From positions 63,426,001 through 63,490,000 of the forward strand of contig OZ024743.1 in NCBI GenBank assembly GCA_964016885.1: 64,000 nt of DNA, written 5' to 3'. The DNA is from Eledone cirrhosa (lineage: Eukaryota). The first letter of the stretch is position 1; the number at the start of each line of letters is the position of its first letter. This document shows, piece after piece, positions 28,571-44,965 of this stretch. The position numbers and the translations under genes were made by a program. The notes beneath the pieces were generated by a model. The model was not told where the DNA came from and ran no database searches. It saw only the letters and a program-made list of their open reading frames with translations.

Positions 28571-29589
28571 AGGGTAACCGTCATGGCAACACGGAGGTCA
28601 ATTATGTGTGTACGAGTTTTGTGTTATATACATATTTCTTTATTCCTTTACTGGTTTCAATCATTAGACCGCAGCCTCGCCTTGATTTTAGTTAAACATA
28701 TCAACCCCAGTACTTATTTTATCGAACCGCTAAGTTACGAAGCATAAATACAGACACGCACACATATGTATATTAGAAGAGTTTCTGCAGTTTCCGACTA
28801 CCAAATTCTACTCACAAGACATTAATCAAACCGATGCTTTATAACAAGACACTTGCCCGAAGTGCCACGCAGAGGGCTAAATCCACATCCATATAAATAC
28901 AAAACATTTTGATTTCCATAAATATTTTGAAGGGACAAGTAGATAAAAGCTGCAGCAAAAGAAAAAATTTATAAGCGAGTACAAAAACAAAAATCCTACG
29001 ATTTCCACCCACCCCTTTAAATGTGTAGTGGAGCAACAAGGTGGCGGCGTGTGCAAAGAGGAGGGAGTGGTGTTGTGGATGGTTACGGAGGCAGTGTCAC
29101 GTGACTTCGCTGTGAATGAGTTCAACCTCCATCCCACCCCCAAGGACTATGTAAAATAAAAAGTTTTAAAAAAGTTAATTTCAATTAGGGTAGAAAATCA
29201 TTATATGTGTGTGTGTGTCTGTACACACACACACACACATTACATATAGATAGATAAAGCTTTTGATGAATATGGGGTATTTAGTTCATTGTCGTTATTT
29301 TCCACATCCCATATTTCATTGTCGTTCCAATTTCTTTTTTACATATACCATACAGCCCGATAAGGATTTAAGTTCTATGCAGCAAACACATACCTTGAGT
29401 AATGTGTAAAGCTTTGGTAGGATAGGAATACCGGGTCAATATTTTGGTAGATCAGGTCCTAGTTCACCTTTACAAGTGCAAGTAATGCACACACCCACAT
29501 GCATATATATATATATATATATACACATATACTAAATATACAAAATCCCTCTGTAATAGGGAGAGGGGAAACGGATAGTGTTAGCGTAA

Positions 29590-30150
29590 CCCGTCTCCAC
29601 CAACGCGAGAACCTGTGATCGTTCGACCTGCAAGAAATAGCATACAAATCTCTCTCAAAGCATACCCTAACGTCTTAAAAAAAAAAAGGACACTTTAAAT
29701 AATGTAGTTTTAGATATATACTGTGTGAATAGAATACAGGATGGCTATGATTGGAATATCCTTCGATCACAAATTCCAAGTCAACAACTATAGCCACCCC
29801 GATCCAACGAGGGGGGGGGGTCTCCATCAGGTAGCGCAAACTGTTACAAAAAGCTGTGAAATCTCCCTCAAATTACACCCCGCCGTTTTAAATAGAAAAC
29901 GTTTTTGATAACGCAGTCCTAGATATATCTCCCAAATGATAAGATAGTCACGGGTAGAATGTCTGATCATAGCTCTGCCCGATCAGAGTTGACATGAGCT
30001 AAACTACATTTTAGGCCAGTGAAATGAGTATCAATGTGGTGATTCGTCTCGCTAGAAATAACAGCCTTGAACCACATCTTATCCTTAAAAAAATAACATA
30101 CTGAATATATTGTCTAAAAACAAAATGGACCGGTCGTTTATGTCTAGAAC
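29590..30150 (+). repeat. Three decayed copies of an interspersed repeat (also ~24330-24500, 27160-27340, 28030-28200)
   Basis: Recurring gtggtc..tcgacctgctagaaatagc...aaatctccctcaaat.acaccc...gtcttaaaaa. Confidence 0.6.
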
Positions 30151-32596
30151 ATTTGAACAGCAATTATTTCAGTAAACAGCAAAAATTAGTAAAGAGAGGA
30201 AATGTTTGAGGTTCATTAGAGAACTATTTGTCATTACACATGGAGAATGAACATAACCTTATTATTCGACACCAGTATTTTAATGGAATATTTCATTTCT
30301 ATATCGATTCTTGCTACATATACACATCGCCAAATGTCTAAACGGGGTATCCGTCGAGGCTCGTAATGCTAGATGAACTTTAAAATGTAAGATAGCAAAC
30401 TGGTTATTGGAAAGTATTTAGAATTTGGTAATATTCTTGTTATTTACACCATCTTATTGATTTCTTAAATTGGCCAGAGACCCACAAATATATAGGAGAC
30501 GAATAAACCACTTAAATCACGCTCAGTTCATGTCTAGTATATATTTGTTATTGAACAGGAAGAAACGAAAAGGAATGTCGGTCTTAAATGGGTTTGAACT
30601 GGCAAAAGTGAACGAAGAAATTCAATGATAAAGAACAACTCGAACAAGGTCTCGAGTTTAGTTGAGTTGGAAAGGATTGAGTAACTAACTGAAAATCTTT
30701 CCATTTCGTTGTTTGTTTTGTTTGTTTTTACATTTCTATTTTGGTAATCGATTCGTTAAAATGGGAGGAAAGCGGTGTAATTAACATTGGGAGGAGGCCA
30801 CCTAATACATTTGACTTCAGTCCATGTCACTAATACGTATATTTTAGTAAAAAGTTTAAATGTAACAAATGTCCGTTTTATGTCTTATGCAAAATCTGAA
30901 TTTGGTATTACTATTTATAAAATAATTGATTTTATAATTAGTATATCTAAAAAAAAAAAATTTACTTCCGGCAATGTTTATTTTACAAACTTTATAAAAA
31001 TCAATAGCCTAGATTACAAAATTATTAAAAAGCAATTTTAATTGAAACATGTTTTTGGTTTGTTTAAACTGTGTGGAACATTTCATAAAGAAAAACAAAA
31101 AACTACACACTTAAAGTCACAAATTAAAAAAAGTTCAGTGAGGAAGGGGGCAGAAAGTAATCATTACTATACTATGAAGTAGTAAAACGAAACACTTAAT
31201 ATATAATGAATAGTTTAGTCTACACGGATAGCCGGTCAAGACATGTCGCTGAATTGTTTACAAAATACTTATTCTTAACAAGTATAATTCGTGTTGGGGA
31301 TGACAATCAAAGTTAAGAAAAAGATTTTGAGTGTTCTATTAAAAACTTATAGATGCGACTGTGAAAGTAAGAAACCATATTTGTTAAGGAAGGTGGGAAG
31401 TCAGATAATGTTTCAATTCAGTTGTATGAATTGTGTGCGTGTATACACATATGTATTGTATACATATAGATATGCACACATATATATATATATATATACC
31501 CACACACACATACATATATGCATACATTATATATATAAGCCCTGTGACTAGCTCCATTGGAATGAAACAATCATTTATAGGAGTAAATTAGTGTTGATTA
31601 GTGCCCCACTAATTTGAATTGAGTATGCATCTGAAAGTAAGAAAAACCAAACGCACGCATATACATACATCATATTCACACTTTCACACACATATATTCA
31701 CACTTGCACATATGTGTGTGTGTGCCTAATTGATTGCTGCATACAACATATATTGATTTTTTACATAGTTAGGAGGTCCCTGAGTTTTATAGGAAAGTGT
31801 GACGTTTGTGATATTTTTCAAGGGCATTAGCGACGAGAAAATGAAATGAAATGCACAACTCAGCACTCCTTTTACGATAAGCGTGTTGTTCTGGGCAATG
31901 TTTTTGAAGTAAATAAATAACAGTATATAGAAATGATCTCTTACACTGAGAATGAAAATGAAAAGATCTAAACAAAATATCCGAAGCTATATTTATGTAT
32001 TTTTACATTTGATGTTTACATTAGGAAATTAGATTGGTGGGGAGTAGAGGGTTATGCTTTTCGATAACACAATGATTGCTGAATGAATTCAGAAAAAACA
32101 CGTAGACATTTACACAAAATCTTAAACCCAGCTATTTATAATATGCTGTGTAAAAATGACTGTTTTAATACTCTGGTGTAAGCATTGTCGCTTAATGCTC
32201 TTGAGAAAGACAAAACGTGACACCCATTCTACCGCTTTTATAACGTTGATAGTTTGTTAATTATCTAATACCATTAATTAACAATAAACCCCGATACATT
32301 GCTGGTATTCTTATTATCCACACACATACAAATCAAAGATATTAAAGCGGAAGGCGACTCCAGTGTGGTAGTTGAAGAGGAACAGGAGGCATCAAACTAG
32401 ATATTATAAAATAGTATCAAATTCTATTTACTATTTGTATATCCTGCCGCCTTAAATATTTCACGATAATGGTTTCTATATTTTGTATTAAGCAAATACA
32501 ATTAAAGGCATAGCTGTGAGACACAACACCGACCAGATATGAACTCACAACTCAGGAATCTCAATAGTATTTATCAAGTCTGAAATTGATTTTTTA

Positions 32597-34400
<1,804 letters not shown>

Positions 34401-35349
34401 CTCTGTTGAGATGTTTGATGCAGCTTGCCACCTCCTCCTCACTGCTCACTCCTCTCACACTTCCCAATCTTTCCACCTCCCACTCTTTTTTTCGATATAC
34501 TCGATTCTTTTTCCTCCTACTCTTTTCTCTATATATACATGATACTTTTTCCTTTAGTTCCTCTCACTCATTTCTCTCTATACTTGGATCTTTTCTTTTT
34601 TCTCCCTTCTCTCTTACACTTTCTCCCACTCTATTTGATTATGTTCCTCTACTTTCTTCTCTCCTCCACTTCCTCCTACTCTTTTATCTCTATATTTAAT
34701 TATTTTATCTATATTTCATTCTTTTTCTACTACTTCATCTTCTACTCTCACAGGCTTCTTCCTATCCCTCCCTCGTTATCTTCTGCCTTTCCACCTCTTA
34801 CTCATACTCTGCATCAAGCGTTTTCTCTTACGCGCGTTTCTATCTTCTCTCTGTGTCTCTTCTTTTGCTTTCTGTCTCTCCTCCAATTATCGTTCTTTTT
34901 CTTTGCCACCTTCTCCTTCATTCATCTTTACCTTTTTTTCCCTTGCACCTACGTACTATTTATTTACTCCTGTTCACCTCATCTCTTCCCGCTACTCATC
35001 TTCTATCTAGCTTGATCTCCTTCAGACTTTTTTTCTTTCTGCTTTGATATTATTTCTTTACTTTTTTACCTTCATTTCCTCTACTCCTGCTTACCTCACA
35101 CCGTTTCTTCTCACTCCACTCTTTGTACTTACTGTCTTTCCGTCTTTTTATTCACCTCGGCTTTATCCACTCTACTTCCTTTAATTCGTCTTCCCCTCGA
35201 ACAACACTACTTCGTTAGTTCTTCACCTCTTCATTTTATTCTTGATCTTCTTTCTCCTATCCCCTCCCCATATTTTCACCTCCTGTTGATATTTCCCCAA
35301 CTCACTTTTTCTTAAAATTTACTCCTCCACCTCTGTTCTTTCTCTTATA

Positions 35350-35740
35350 ATAATTGTTTCTACTTTTGGCACAAGACCAGCAAATATCCAGTGCATTACT
35401 GGTACTTGATTTTATCGACCCCATAAGGATGAAAGGCAAAGTTAACCTCGGCGGGATTTGAACTCAGAATGGCAAGGGCCGTAACTCTATGCGTCAAAGT
35501 ATGGTGTCCGACCCTCTACCGATACTGCCAATCCACTATAATAATGCTTTCTGATTTAGGCACAAGACAAACATTTGGGAGGGGGGGGGTCGAAGAAATC
35601 GACCTCAGTACGTTACTGATACTTTATGTTATCAACCCTGAAAAGATGAACGGCAAAGTTGACTTCGGCGGGATTTGAACTAAAAACGTAAAAAGCCACA
35701 AGGCATTCTGTTCGTCGCTCTAATGATTCTGCCAATCCAC
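35350..35740 (-). mobile_element. SINE A copy followed by an older related SINE
   Basis: Shared central domain and tail. Confidence 0.85.
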
Positions 35741-37312
35741 TTTCTACTAATAATACCTCCTCCTCCGTTCTACACCAACTTCGAAGATTGAAGAGAGAGA
35801 GACAAATAACTTGCGCTGAGATTTAGTTACTCCCACTTATCTGACTTTCTTTTCCTCTTCTTTCTCAATTTCTTTTACTTTCTCTTCCTCTCTCTTTAAT
35901 CGCTGTTTCAGTTAAGGCTACATAAGGTTATACCTACGTTCACTTTCGTCTTCCTATCTCTTTTTAGTTCACCTCTCTTTCTCTGATATATATATATATT
36001 TGTATCTTATCTTAGTCTATCTTTTTTTAGGTAACTTCTTTCTTTCTCTGTTTCTTATCTACCTCTATCGCTTTCGAGCTGAATCCTCTCTATCTGTGAC
36101 TCTCAGTATTTTACCAGCTCACCAACTTGTCAGGCAAAGAAAAGCGACTTACAACCAGCCAGCTAGTGTATCTATTGACCTACACATGTGCGAGTAACAG
36201 TTGCAGCGGAGAGGGAGATAAAAAAAAGACGTAGAAAATGAAGAGTGCGAGTAGAAGTAATAGTGATAGATAGACATATTAAAACAAAATAGAGGGGAGT
36301 GTGCGTTTAGATGTAGTCAAAGTATACACTCTCTCTCATATATATAATGCTCACTCACAGCAAGAAAACGAGAAAAAGACATACAATCTACAGAGTTGGA
36401 ACGATAAAAGTGAAATCGAAAAAAGGTTAAGTGAAATTAGTAAGTATTTAGTGATAAGATAAAGTGAGAAAGATATAACATGTTTGTGGAAAACTAGAGA
36501 AGGTACATAAAAATATAGTACCCAGAAAACGATGGGTGATGTGCGAGTTTTATCTATTTAAATATAAAGATATCAAGGGAGGTTACTCTAGATAGATACT
36601 GAGAGAAAGAGAGGACAAGAGGTAAAAACATCGCTACTAGAGGCGCTAGTGTTTCAGAACGTTTGCTTGTGAGTAAGTGAGGGTAGTAACATGGATGAAG
36701 TATGAAGGAAGGGAGTTAATCGTGAAGGAGAGGGAGGAAAGGGTGCGGTATGTTTGTACAAAATACTTTTACGACACAAGGATAATCAGGTAATTAATCC
36801 ATCCATCAGTTGGTTAATCAACTAATTAATTAATTGTCAAAGCTCTTTCATCGCAACCTTTGACCTTATTACCCGATTAATAGTAAAAAAACTGAAGTGA
36901 AATAAACCGGTGCGTGTGTTTTAATTGGTAGTATGACTGACCCTCTCAAAGTATGACAATATCTGTTTCAATACCACTTCACAAATACAACAACGAAGAA
37001 AACTATATTTCTCTTAATGACACTGGGAAAAAAATAATAAGAGTGCCTTCTTTAGGTATCAGAAATATATCTCAGAAAAAGTATAAAAAATACGGTAATG
37101 AAAAGGTTAAAGTGGTAAACCGAAAATAATTCCCAAGGGTGCCTTCTTCGGGCTTCCATATTTTTAAGGTAATCGGCCAAAGATAATTCTTAATCAATTT
37201 AAATTATAACTGTAGTGAGAAGAAAACTCACTATCTTTATGGAAATGAATCTCAAAGAAAAAGAGGAAAACTTTTGAAATTTCAATTGATCAAAATTTTA
37301 ATGGGTCTAGCC

Positions 37313-37559
37313 CAGCAGTTCCCAACATGGTGTCCGCAAAGACACTACTGGGGACATGATCTTAGCTCAAATTTTCGAGTACTTCATCATAAGCATAACA
37401 CACACAGTTGGGTGTCCACTCTTCTCTGTATAAATATTTCTCTCTTTTGGTTGTTATTATCATAGTATAAGAATCTGGGAAAAGAATAACTGTAACAGCG
37501 CAGATAGGGAAACATTTAAATAAAAAGGGTCCTTGGGAGAGAAATGTTGGGAACCACTA
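37313..37559. mobile_element. hAT-like MITE (similar decayed ones at ~20312-20472 and 22220-22497)
   Basis: TIRs CAGCAGTTCCCAACAT / ATGTTGGGAACCACTA. Confidence 0.6.
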
Positions 37560-38690
37560 ATATAACAGTTGGGAGAATGAATCTGTTCTTTGGCATTTAT
37601 AGTGATAATTCCAAATGTCTCTGTCTTATTAGATCTCTTTAGTGAAACATAACCCACTCAAAACTACCAAAACTGCAGAACAAGGTGTCTTGATAGTTTC
37701 ACTAAAGAGTTCAAATAAGACCAAAATTAATTGTTCTGGAGCTTGCGTAACTTTGAATGAAGTATGCTTTGCTTGGGTCATCTAAATAAGACCAAAACAT
37801 GTCGGGAGTTCTCACAATATCTGCCAAATATAAGACTCACCCCAATATGCATGCCATCATCATCATTTTACATATGCTTTTCCATGCTAGCAGGTTGCGA
37901 CTAGATGAGTTAGAGAACCATGTCTCAGTCATACATTCTATTTTGGTCATGGTTTCTATGGCTGAATACTCAAATGTTTTATTGTTTAGTGATCTGCTGC
38001 ATTGGTGTATTTATTTCAGAAAAAATAGGACAGAATAGTTTGTTGTCTTTGTGTATTTTTACTGTTCTAAAGACATGCTGAGGTGAATTCTCCTTCAATA
38101 TAGTGGAAAAGAGAAACATATTTGTGCATCTTATTCTGTAATTAGTTTAATGGGTTTTTTTTAATAAAGCAGCAAATTGGCAGAATTGTTAGGGCGTCAT
38201 ATTATAAACGTCTCAGCATTTGTTCCAGGACAATATGCTTCAAATTCAGAACTCACCAAAGTCAACTTTGCCTTTCATCCTTTCATACTCAATAAATAAA
38301 GTACCACTTCAATACTAGAGTCCATTCTTCCTCTATCTCTCATTGTTACTATCTTTGTCTCCTTCTTCTTTTCTCAGAAAGGAGGAGGCTGAGCTCCATC
38401 TGAAGTTAGATGGGCTACACCAAGGTTAAAAGGCCTAAAACATGCCATATGACTCCATCAGGTGTTAAAGACTTTTTACTTACTTTACTTAATGTTTTGC
38501 TGGTCTTTATTGGTTTTACTTATGAAGCAAATCTGAAACAGTCATATATCTTAACTCTTTCATGGCCATATTTCTAATGAAATACACCATGTGAATTTGG
38601 AAGGTTTGATAAAATAACTTTCAGTATTTGGAACATAATGAAAGGTTCTTATATCATATGATTGAAGGTTTTAATATAAACATGAACCTT

Positions 38691-39086
38691 TTAACCTTTT
38701 AGCATTTACATTACTCTACTATTATATTTTCATGGTAAAGGCTTTATCTCATAATTATCTCACATAATATGGAACCTACAACACTTTGATGATGTTATTA
38801 TTTATTTTATTGGCAGTATCGGTAGAGAGTCGGACGCCATGCTTTCCAGCAAAGAGTTACGTCCCTTTACGGTCTGAGTTCAAATCCTGCCGAAATTAAC
38901 TTTGCCTTTCATCCTTACGGGGTCGATAAAATAAAGTACCAGTAATGTACTGAGTAATTGCTGGCCTTGTGCCAAAAGTAGAAACAATTATTTATTTTGA
39001 GAACAATACCTTAATATCAGTATGTGTGGCCCGTTTGATCAGAGAATTCTGGCTGGATATGGCTGATTTAAATGCTAAAGGGTTAA
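38691..39086. mobile_element. piggyBac-type MITE carrying a SINE A insertion (~38810-38992)
   Basis: TTAA-flanked TIRs. The SINE is flanked by attatttatttt on both sides. Confidence 0.8.
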
Positions 39087-40162
39087 AATTAGATAATTAA
39101 TGATATCAAAAGGATTAATAGGTTTCTATAAACTAGTTGGTGGTATAATATATTATATTAATAATATAATATATGCTTTATGAATAAGTTGATCCTGTAC
39201 AAAGCGCTGACAACTGAATTTCTAAAAATTCACAACTCTGAAAAGAAGCTCAACAACAAAACCAAATTTCTGTTACATCATCTTCAGAAGTGCATGGTAA
39301 AAATTTGAAAACAACATGGTCAACTAAGGGCTTCAAATGGGCATTTTTTTAATTCGCACATATTTCAAAAACTTATTCTGACACTAGAAATGGTCTACTA
39401 TATGCTAAGTAACAGGAAAACAATTATGGTCACTTTATCTAGTGTACCTATTGAGATAAATACCTAAAAGAGGCATACATTTGCTGTATGTTTAATTCTT
39501 GGCAATTTTCAGGGGCCTGTAGATGGAAAAATATACAAAATACACTTGATTTGATAAGATATTTGAACTCTACAGAAAACGTTAGCCCCAAACACATGAT
39601 TTCAAAGTTGTGCTTACTTTATTAGAGGAGAAATGGTTGTCTCAAGTTGGTCCGAGAGGCTCTTTCAGAAAAAAATGTATAATTAATTAATATTTTAAAG
39701 TCCTACAATTTCAAAACTATCAAAGATATTGATCTAATACTTGATATTTTTCCATCATATAGGAACAGGAGCTAGTATGAATTTTTTCAGGGGAATCTGA
39801 GGAGGCGACCTGGGAAATTTTTCTGAAACTGGGTGATTTGATATGGAATAACCCTCACACATGTTCCACTTTTGACATGGTTTCTTGAGCTGGATGCCCT
39901 TCCTATCATCAACCACTTTACTGGATGTATTTCAGTACGACACTAGCACTAATGGAGTTGCTATATCTTTGACACAACTGAAAAGTCCTTTTGGTTCTTT
40001 ATTTGACAGTGTTTCTATGTTGGATGTTCTTAATGCCAACCACTTTATATTGTGTACTTATTTCAAAATCAAACAACACACACAATAACTTTAATAATTC
40101 AAGACTATACCTGTATCAAGAAGATGTAGTAAACAGATTTGAGCAATGCTTAACAAAGGCAA

Positions 40163-40499
40163 ATACTCTTGGGTCTTGAATAATTGTGCCCCAGCCCCAA
40201 CCCCACTTATTAAATTTTGCTAATCTATCTTTGGTGAAATTTTATTTTTAGTGCAACAATTAATTTTCTTTATACATTAAAAAACATTATACATGATCAA
40301 AAAAGTACATTTCTAGAAATCTCAAATGTTATAAAATAAATAGGATGGGTTGGGATCTCAATAGTAAACTAAACGACTAATTCTGGTTTTAAAAAAAAAT
40401 CAATGGAGACAACCTAAAAAAATTACCGATTTTCGAAAAAAAAACCACCCACCCACCCTACGTATTCCAACCCTCCTTATTATTTGGGACCCGAGAGAA
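40163..40499. mobile_element. TA-flanked MITE (Tc1/mariner-pogo-like ends)
   Basis: Imperfect TIRs tactcttgggtcttgaataat / attatttgggacccgagagaa. Confidence 0.5.
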
Positions 40500-40814
40500 T
40501 AACAACTCAAAACTACAGAGGAAAAAAAATAGTAATTTTAAGATGAATTAACACACCAGAATTCTAATACATTAGAATTTAAAATAGAAAATACATTGAG
40601 GGAAAGGACAGTTTGATCTTTAGCGGACATGGTTATAGATTAATGAAATAGCTGGAAATAAGCAACAGAACAATAGAATGTGGAGGTCCAGAACAGAAAT
40701 TGTAATGCTAAAATATATATACATATATATAATATAAAGTATCTTCTACTATACATAACCTCAGCTTGACCAAGGCCTTGCAGAAGCCCATTGTATATAT
40801 ATATATATATATAA

Positions 40815-41500
40815 AGACCTCCTTCAGTCATGAATGACCATAGGATTTGCACCTAGAAAGTTCACTTCTGAGGTACAAGCCTTGGCAAGATGTTTTTGTG
40901 GAAGACCAGCAGTCACCCATGTATATTAGTCTCCCCACTTCATGCCACCAATGCTGTCCAAGGGAAAAGCAAAGTCCGATACAGCTTGGCACTAGTGACA
41001 TTGCAATTCATTTCTACAGCTAAGTGAACTGGAGCAACCTGAAATAAAGGACACAACACATCACCTGGTCTGGGAATCAAACTCACAACCTCAAGATTGT
41101 GAATCCATCTCTCTAACCACTAAACCATGCGCCTTTACATATATGTATACATATAAAAGGGTAAAAACCCCCTTCGGTCACGAATGACCATCAGATTTGC
41201 ACCTAGAAAGTTTTCCTCCGAGGCACAAGTCCAGGCAGTGTTGTTTGTCGAAGACCAATAGTCGCCCATGCATACCAGTCTCCCCTCTCCACGCCACCGA
41301 TGAGGTCCAAAGTAAAGGCAATGGCCAATACAGCTTGGCACCAGTGACGTCACAACTCATTTCTACAGCTGAGTAAACTGGAGCAACATGAAATAAAGTG
41401 TCTTGCTCAAGGACACAACGCATCATTCAGTCTGAGAATCGAACTCACAACCTTCCAATTGCAAGTCCAATGCTCTAACCACTAGGCCATGCGCCTTCAC
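40815..41500 (-). mobile_element. Two tandem tRNA SINEs with the same head but a different 3' tail
   Basis: Copies at ~40815-41133 and ~41165-41500. Tail ...ctttctaggtgcaaatc..atggtcattc.tgac.gaagg. Confidence 0.85.
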
Positions 41501-42799
41501 AGTATACATATATTATACATACATATATGATGGCAGCAATTTCATTTCGAGTAATGCCTGCTAGGGACTTGCCTATGGCCAGCAATATCATGCATTGCAA
41601 AAAATGTCACATATCAAGCGATGCCTGTGCTTGAAGCTTTTTTAAGTGAAGAACGGCTTTGCACAGGACCAATCCCACTCTCTGAACATCGGATGCATTT
41701 GTCCAAAAAGTAGAACTAGTCTATATCATGGGATGCAAAGAAAGCTGCAGGTTTTATATCTCACTCCACAAAAAAAAGAAAAAACATACATATATACATG
41801 CATATCATATATGTGTGTGTGTGTGTACTTATTATTATCATCATCCTTTTACGTCTATTTCTCCATGCTTGCATTGCTTAGGTTCTTTCCAATACAGCTT
41901 CCTTCCAATTATTGCAGTCCATTGCCATCTCCTCTGTCAGGTTCAGTATCCGGAGATCAGTTCTCAGTACCTCAACTAATTCTCCTCAACTATAATCTCT
42001 TGGCACTTCTTCACTCAATCATCTTCCATACAGTCTTGAACACTGCATTTGATTCATCTTATATCCAATTTTTTTGTTGTTGTTTTTCCTTTCAATTCAT
42101 TTATGCTTTTCCATTCATACACTCCAAAATCATACATCCAGCATACTTCATTTCTTTCCAGTCTTTGCATATCCTCGGTAATTACAACACATTTCACTTC
42201 CATGTAACATCATGCTTCACTCACAGATATCTTACAGCCAGCTTTTCATTCATAGAGAGAAACCTTATATGCATATATATGTGTATATATGATGTGTGTA
42301 TGTATCAATGTCTCTATATACGTTTGTATCTCTGTGTTTATGCCCTGTAATTTAGCAGTTTGCCAAAAGAGATTGATAAAATAAGTATCAAACTTGAAAA
42401 ATTGAACACATGGGTTAATAAATTTGACTAAAATCTCTTTAAAGCGGTCCTCTAGCATGTCCACAGTTTAATTAATAAAATCTGTAAAAAGAATGACACA
42501 CAAACACACGCACAGACACATATATATACAGACATACAGACATACATACACAAAAGTTTGCTTGTTTCCGCCTCTCTGTGTGTGTGTCTGTGTAATTAAT
42601 TGATTTCTACTTCTATCTAGAATGATGAAATAAATATACACACAGACATACATTCACATGCTCTTTCACATACAGTCACATACACACATACATGCACCCA
42701 ACACACACACAAACAAATTTTTTCTTTTGTTTCACAATATGTTATATATTACAAGTGGACAATTGCCATCAATAATGACAGCAAAAATGTTGAATATTT

Positions 42800-43100
42800 T
42801 TGGTGTCCACTCACAATTGTAAGGTTGTGAGTTCAATTCCCAGTGGCACATTGTGTCCTTGAGCAAGACACTTTATTTCACATTGCTCCAGTTCACTCAG
42901 CTGGCAAAAATGAGTTGTGACTATAATTCGAAGGGCCAGCCTTGTCACATTCTTTGTCATGCTGAATCTCCCTGAGAACTATGTTTAACGTACATGTGAC
43001 TATGGAATGCTTAGCCACTTGCACGTGAATTTCATGAGCAGGCTATTCCGTTGATCGGATCAACTGGAACACTCGTCATCATAACTGACGGAGTGCCAGT
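42800..43100 (+). mobile_element. SINE with the same head/central domain and a third tail type
   Basis: Tail gggccagccttgtcacattc...caactggaacactcgtc is also present at ~47650-47815. Confidence 0.75.
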
Positions 43101-43415
43101 TCACTGGATATATGAACAATCATCAAACTGGGAAATGTTTTAAGATATTGGTTTGCATAAGAAAAACCCTATAGTTTATGTTGATTACTAACAGGTGGAA
43201 GTGATTAAAGATAAGACTGATTTTTTAATGATGTATTTCTAGAATATAATTACATATTCAGCATGTATATACAAATAACATACAGGATTAAATGTATTAG
43301 TAACTTTGGAGAAATAACTATTTGCAGGTATAAATGTAGGGTTTTATTCACAGTTGTATAAATAACATTACAAATGCGTAAATAACATTATAGATTGCTT
43401 GCAATTCTTTCAAAA

Positions 43416-43825
43416 GCACATTACAAATATAATTGTTTCTACTTTTGGCACAAGGTCAGCAATAACCCAGTACATTACTGGTACTTTATTTTATCGACCC
43501 CGTAAGGATGAAAGGCAAAGTTAACCTCAGCGGGATTTGAACTCAGACCGTAAAGGGACGTAACTATGCTGCAAAGCATGGCGTCCCACCCTCTACCGAT
43601 ACTGCCAATCCACCGCACATTACAAATATAATTCTTTCTACTTTTGGCACAAGACCAGCAATTATCCCAGTGTATTACTAGTACTTTATTTTATTGACCC
43701 CGTAAGGATGAAAGGCAAAGTTAACTTCAGCGGGATTTGAACTCAGAATGGCAAGGGCTGTAACTCTATGCGTCAAAGCATGGCGTCCGACCCTCTACCA
43801 ATACTGCCAATCCAGTAAATATAAT
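43416..43825 (-). mobile_element. Two stacked SINE family A copies
   Basis: 18-bp TSD gcacattacaaatataat at 43416-43433 and 43615-43632. Confidence 0.9.
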
Positions 43826-43859
43826 GATTGATAAACGCAAATATATATGCATAAAAGAG

Positions 43860-44965
43860 CGAAAAAAAAAGAAAAGGAGGGAAGCAAAAACAAAAACAAC
43901 CATCAATTTACCAAGTGCAATAATTGACCGCACATCATAAGGGTCAATGGAACACTTTGAGACAAACCAACACACTTGCAATATTGCCACGGGTGATGGC
44001 GAGGCTAAAGCGCTGAAACAACCAGGCACCCTGATGGGTATCATCTGACACCTCAGTAAAGTGAGCCACCAGCGATGACAAGAACTTCGCTGTCAGTGGC
44101 CCAACTCCACCAAACGTCTCAAACGCCACATGCTGGAAAAATACTTATTAGATGAATCCAGGCATTTCCTAATTTTATTCCATTTGGCAACGGAAGCAGT
44201 CACTCCTACATTTACTGCGGCATCCATGATGTGGGAGGAAGCAAAAGAGTCGCTGGCTGTGGCGTCCCAAATGAGACATCTGCCTCTTACCCAAGGACAA
44301 AGGGTAAGGCCTTCTGGTCTCTTCCCATCACTTTTGGATAATCCAGCCGGCTCCAGAACTGAGGGGATATTTACCCGAGCCAGGGCTCATTTAATGATCA
44401 GGTTTAGCTTGGTGTGGCAGGCGATACAACCAGCATTCAGGCAGCAGGACAAACGATGTAGGCCTGTGGAATCGAGGGACCTACCACAGTGACATCTCAG
44501 ACCCCAACAGACATTGGCTCCCACTCGAAATGCAATGGAGATGTGGAGCTCGTCCTGACTGAGAGGACCACCAATGATGGCCACAGGCAGGGCATCAATC
44601 CAGTCCCCTGAGAACTTTGTGCTTTCAGAAAGTAAGCAGCACCTAGAAAATTGATCGGAATGATCAAAGAGAGAGTTAAAAGTTTCATTTGAACACAGAC
44701 TGTCCCATACTCTCTGCTTCCGTCTATCCTCATCAGTATCAGGAATGAACAGCTTCATCCATCTCCCTGATGGAACTAGTCCATGTTGGAAAGGGGAGGA
44801 TATCACCCACTAAAGGGGAGCAAACGTGGATGGAGGAAAGAAACCAAGGTAGAGACAAAGATGTGAAATTTGTGCAGACCAAGACCTCTAAACCGTTTGA
44901 GGAAGGCAGCTTGGTCAACGGACTCTGGAGAGAGTCGGACATTGACGAGACTCTCGAGAACATGA
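43860..44965 (-). mobile_element. Decayed CRE-like non-LTR retrotransposon 3' part (Zn-knuckle + restriction-like endonuclease)
   Basis: Reads SGDWIDALP..G..L...ELHISIAFRVG, CHCG...H..SC, then an in-frame TGA, then LEPAGL...GKRPEGLTLCPWVRGRCLIWDAT, then a frameshift to AFETFGGVG...FQRFSLAITRGN. This motif order is typical of CRE-clade RLE elements. Confidence 0.75.

Noticed and set aside
29280-29335. Minus-strand DNEI/DNEL peptide as a candidate scribble exon 2
   Set aside because: The surrounding translation (RNWNDNEIWDVENNDNEL) lacks the LRR leucine pattern. It is a small local duplication.
39130-39854. Possible DNA-transposon remnant ending in gatttgatatggaataaccc
   Set aside because: Only one putative terminus, no partner TIR and no transposase motif, so it cannot be supported without a search.
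41646-42350. 234-aa ORF
   Set aside because: Crosses microsatellites and decayed repeat sequence, has a non-ATG start and shows no domain.
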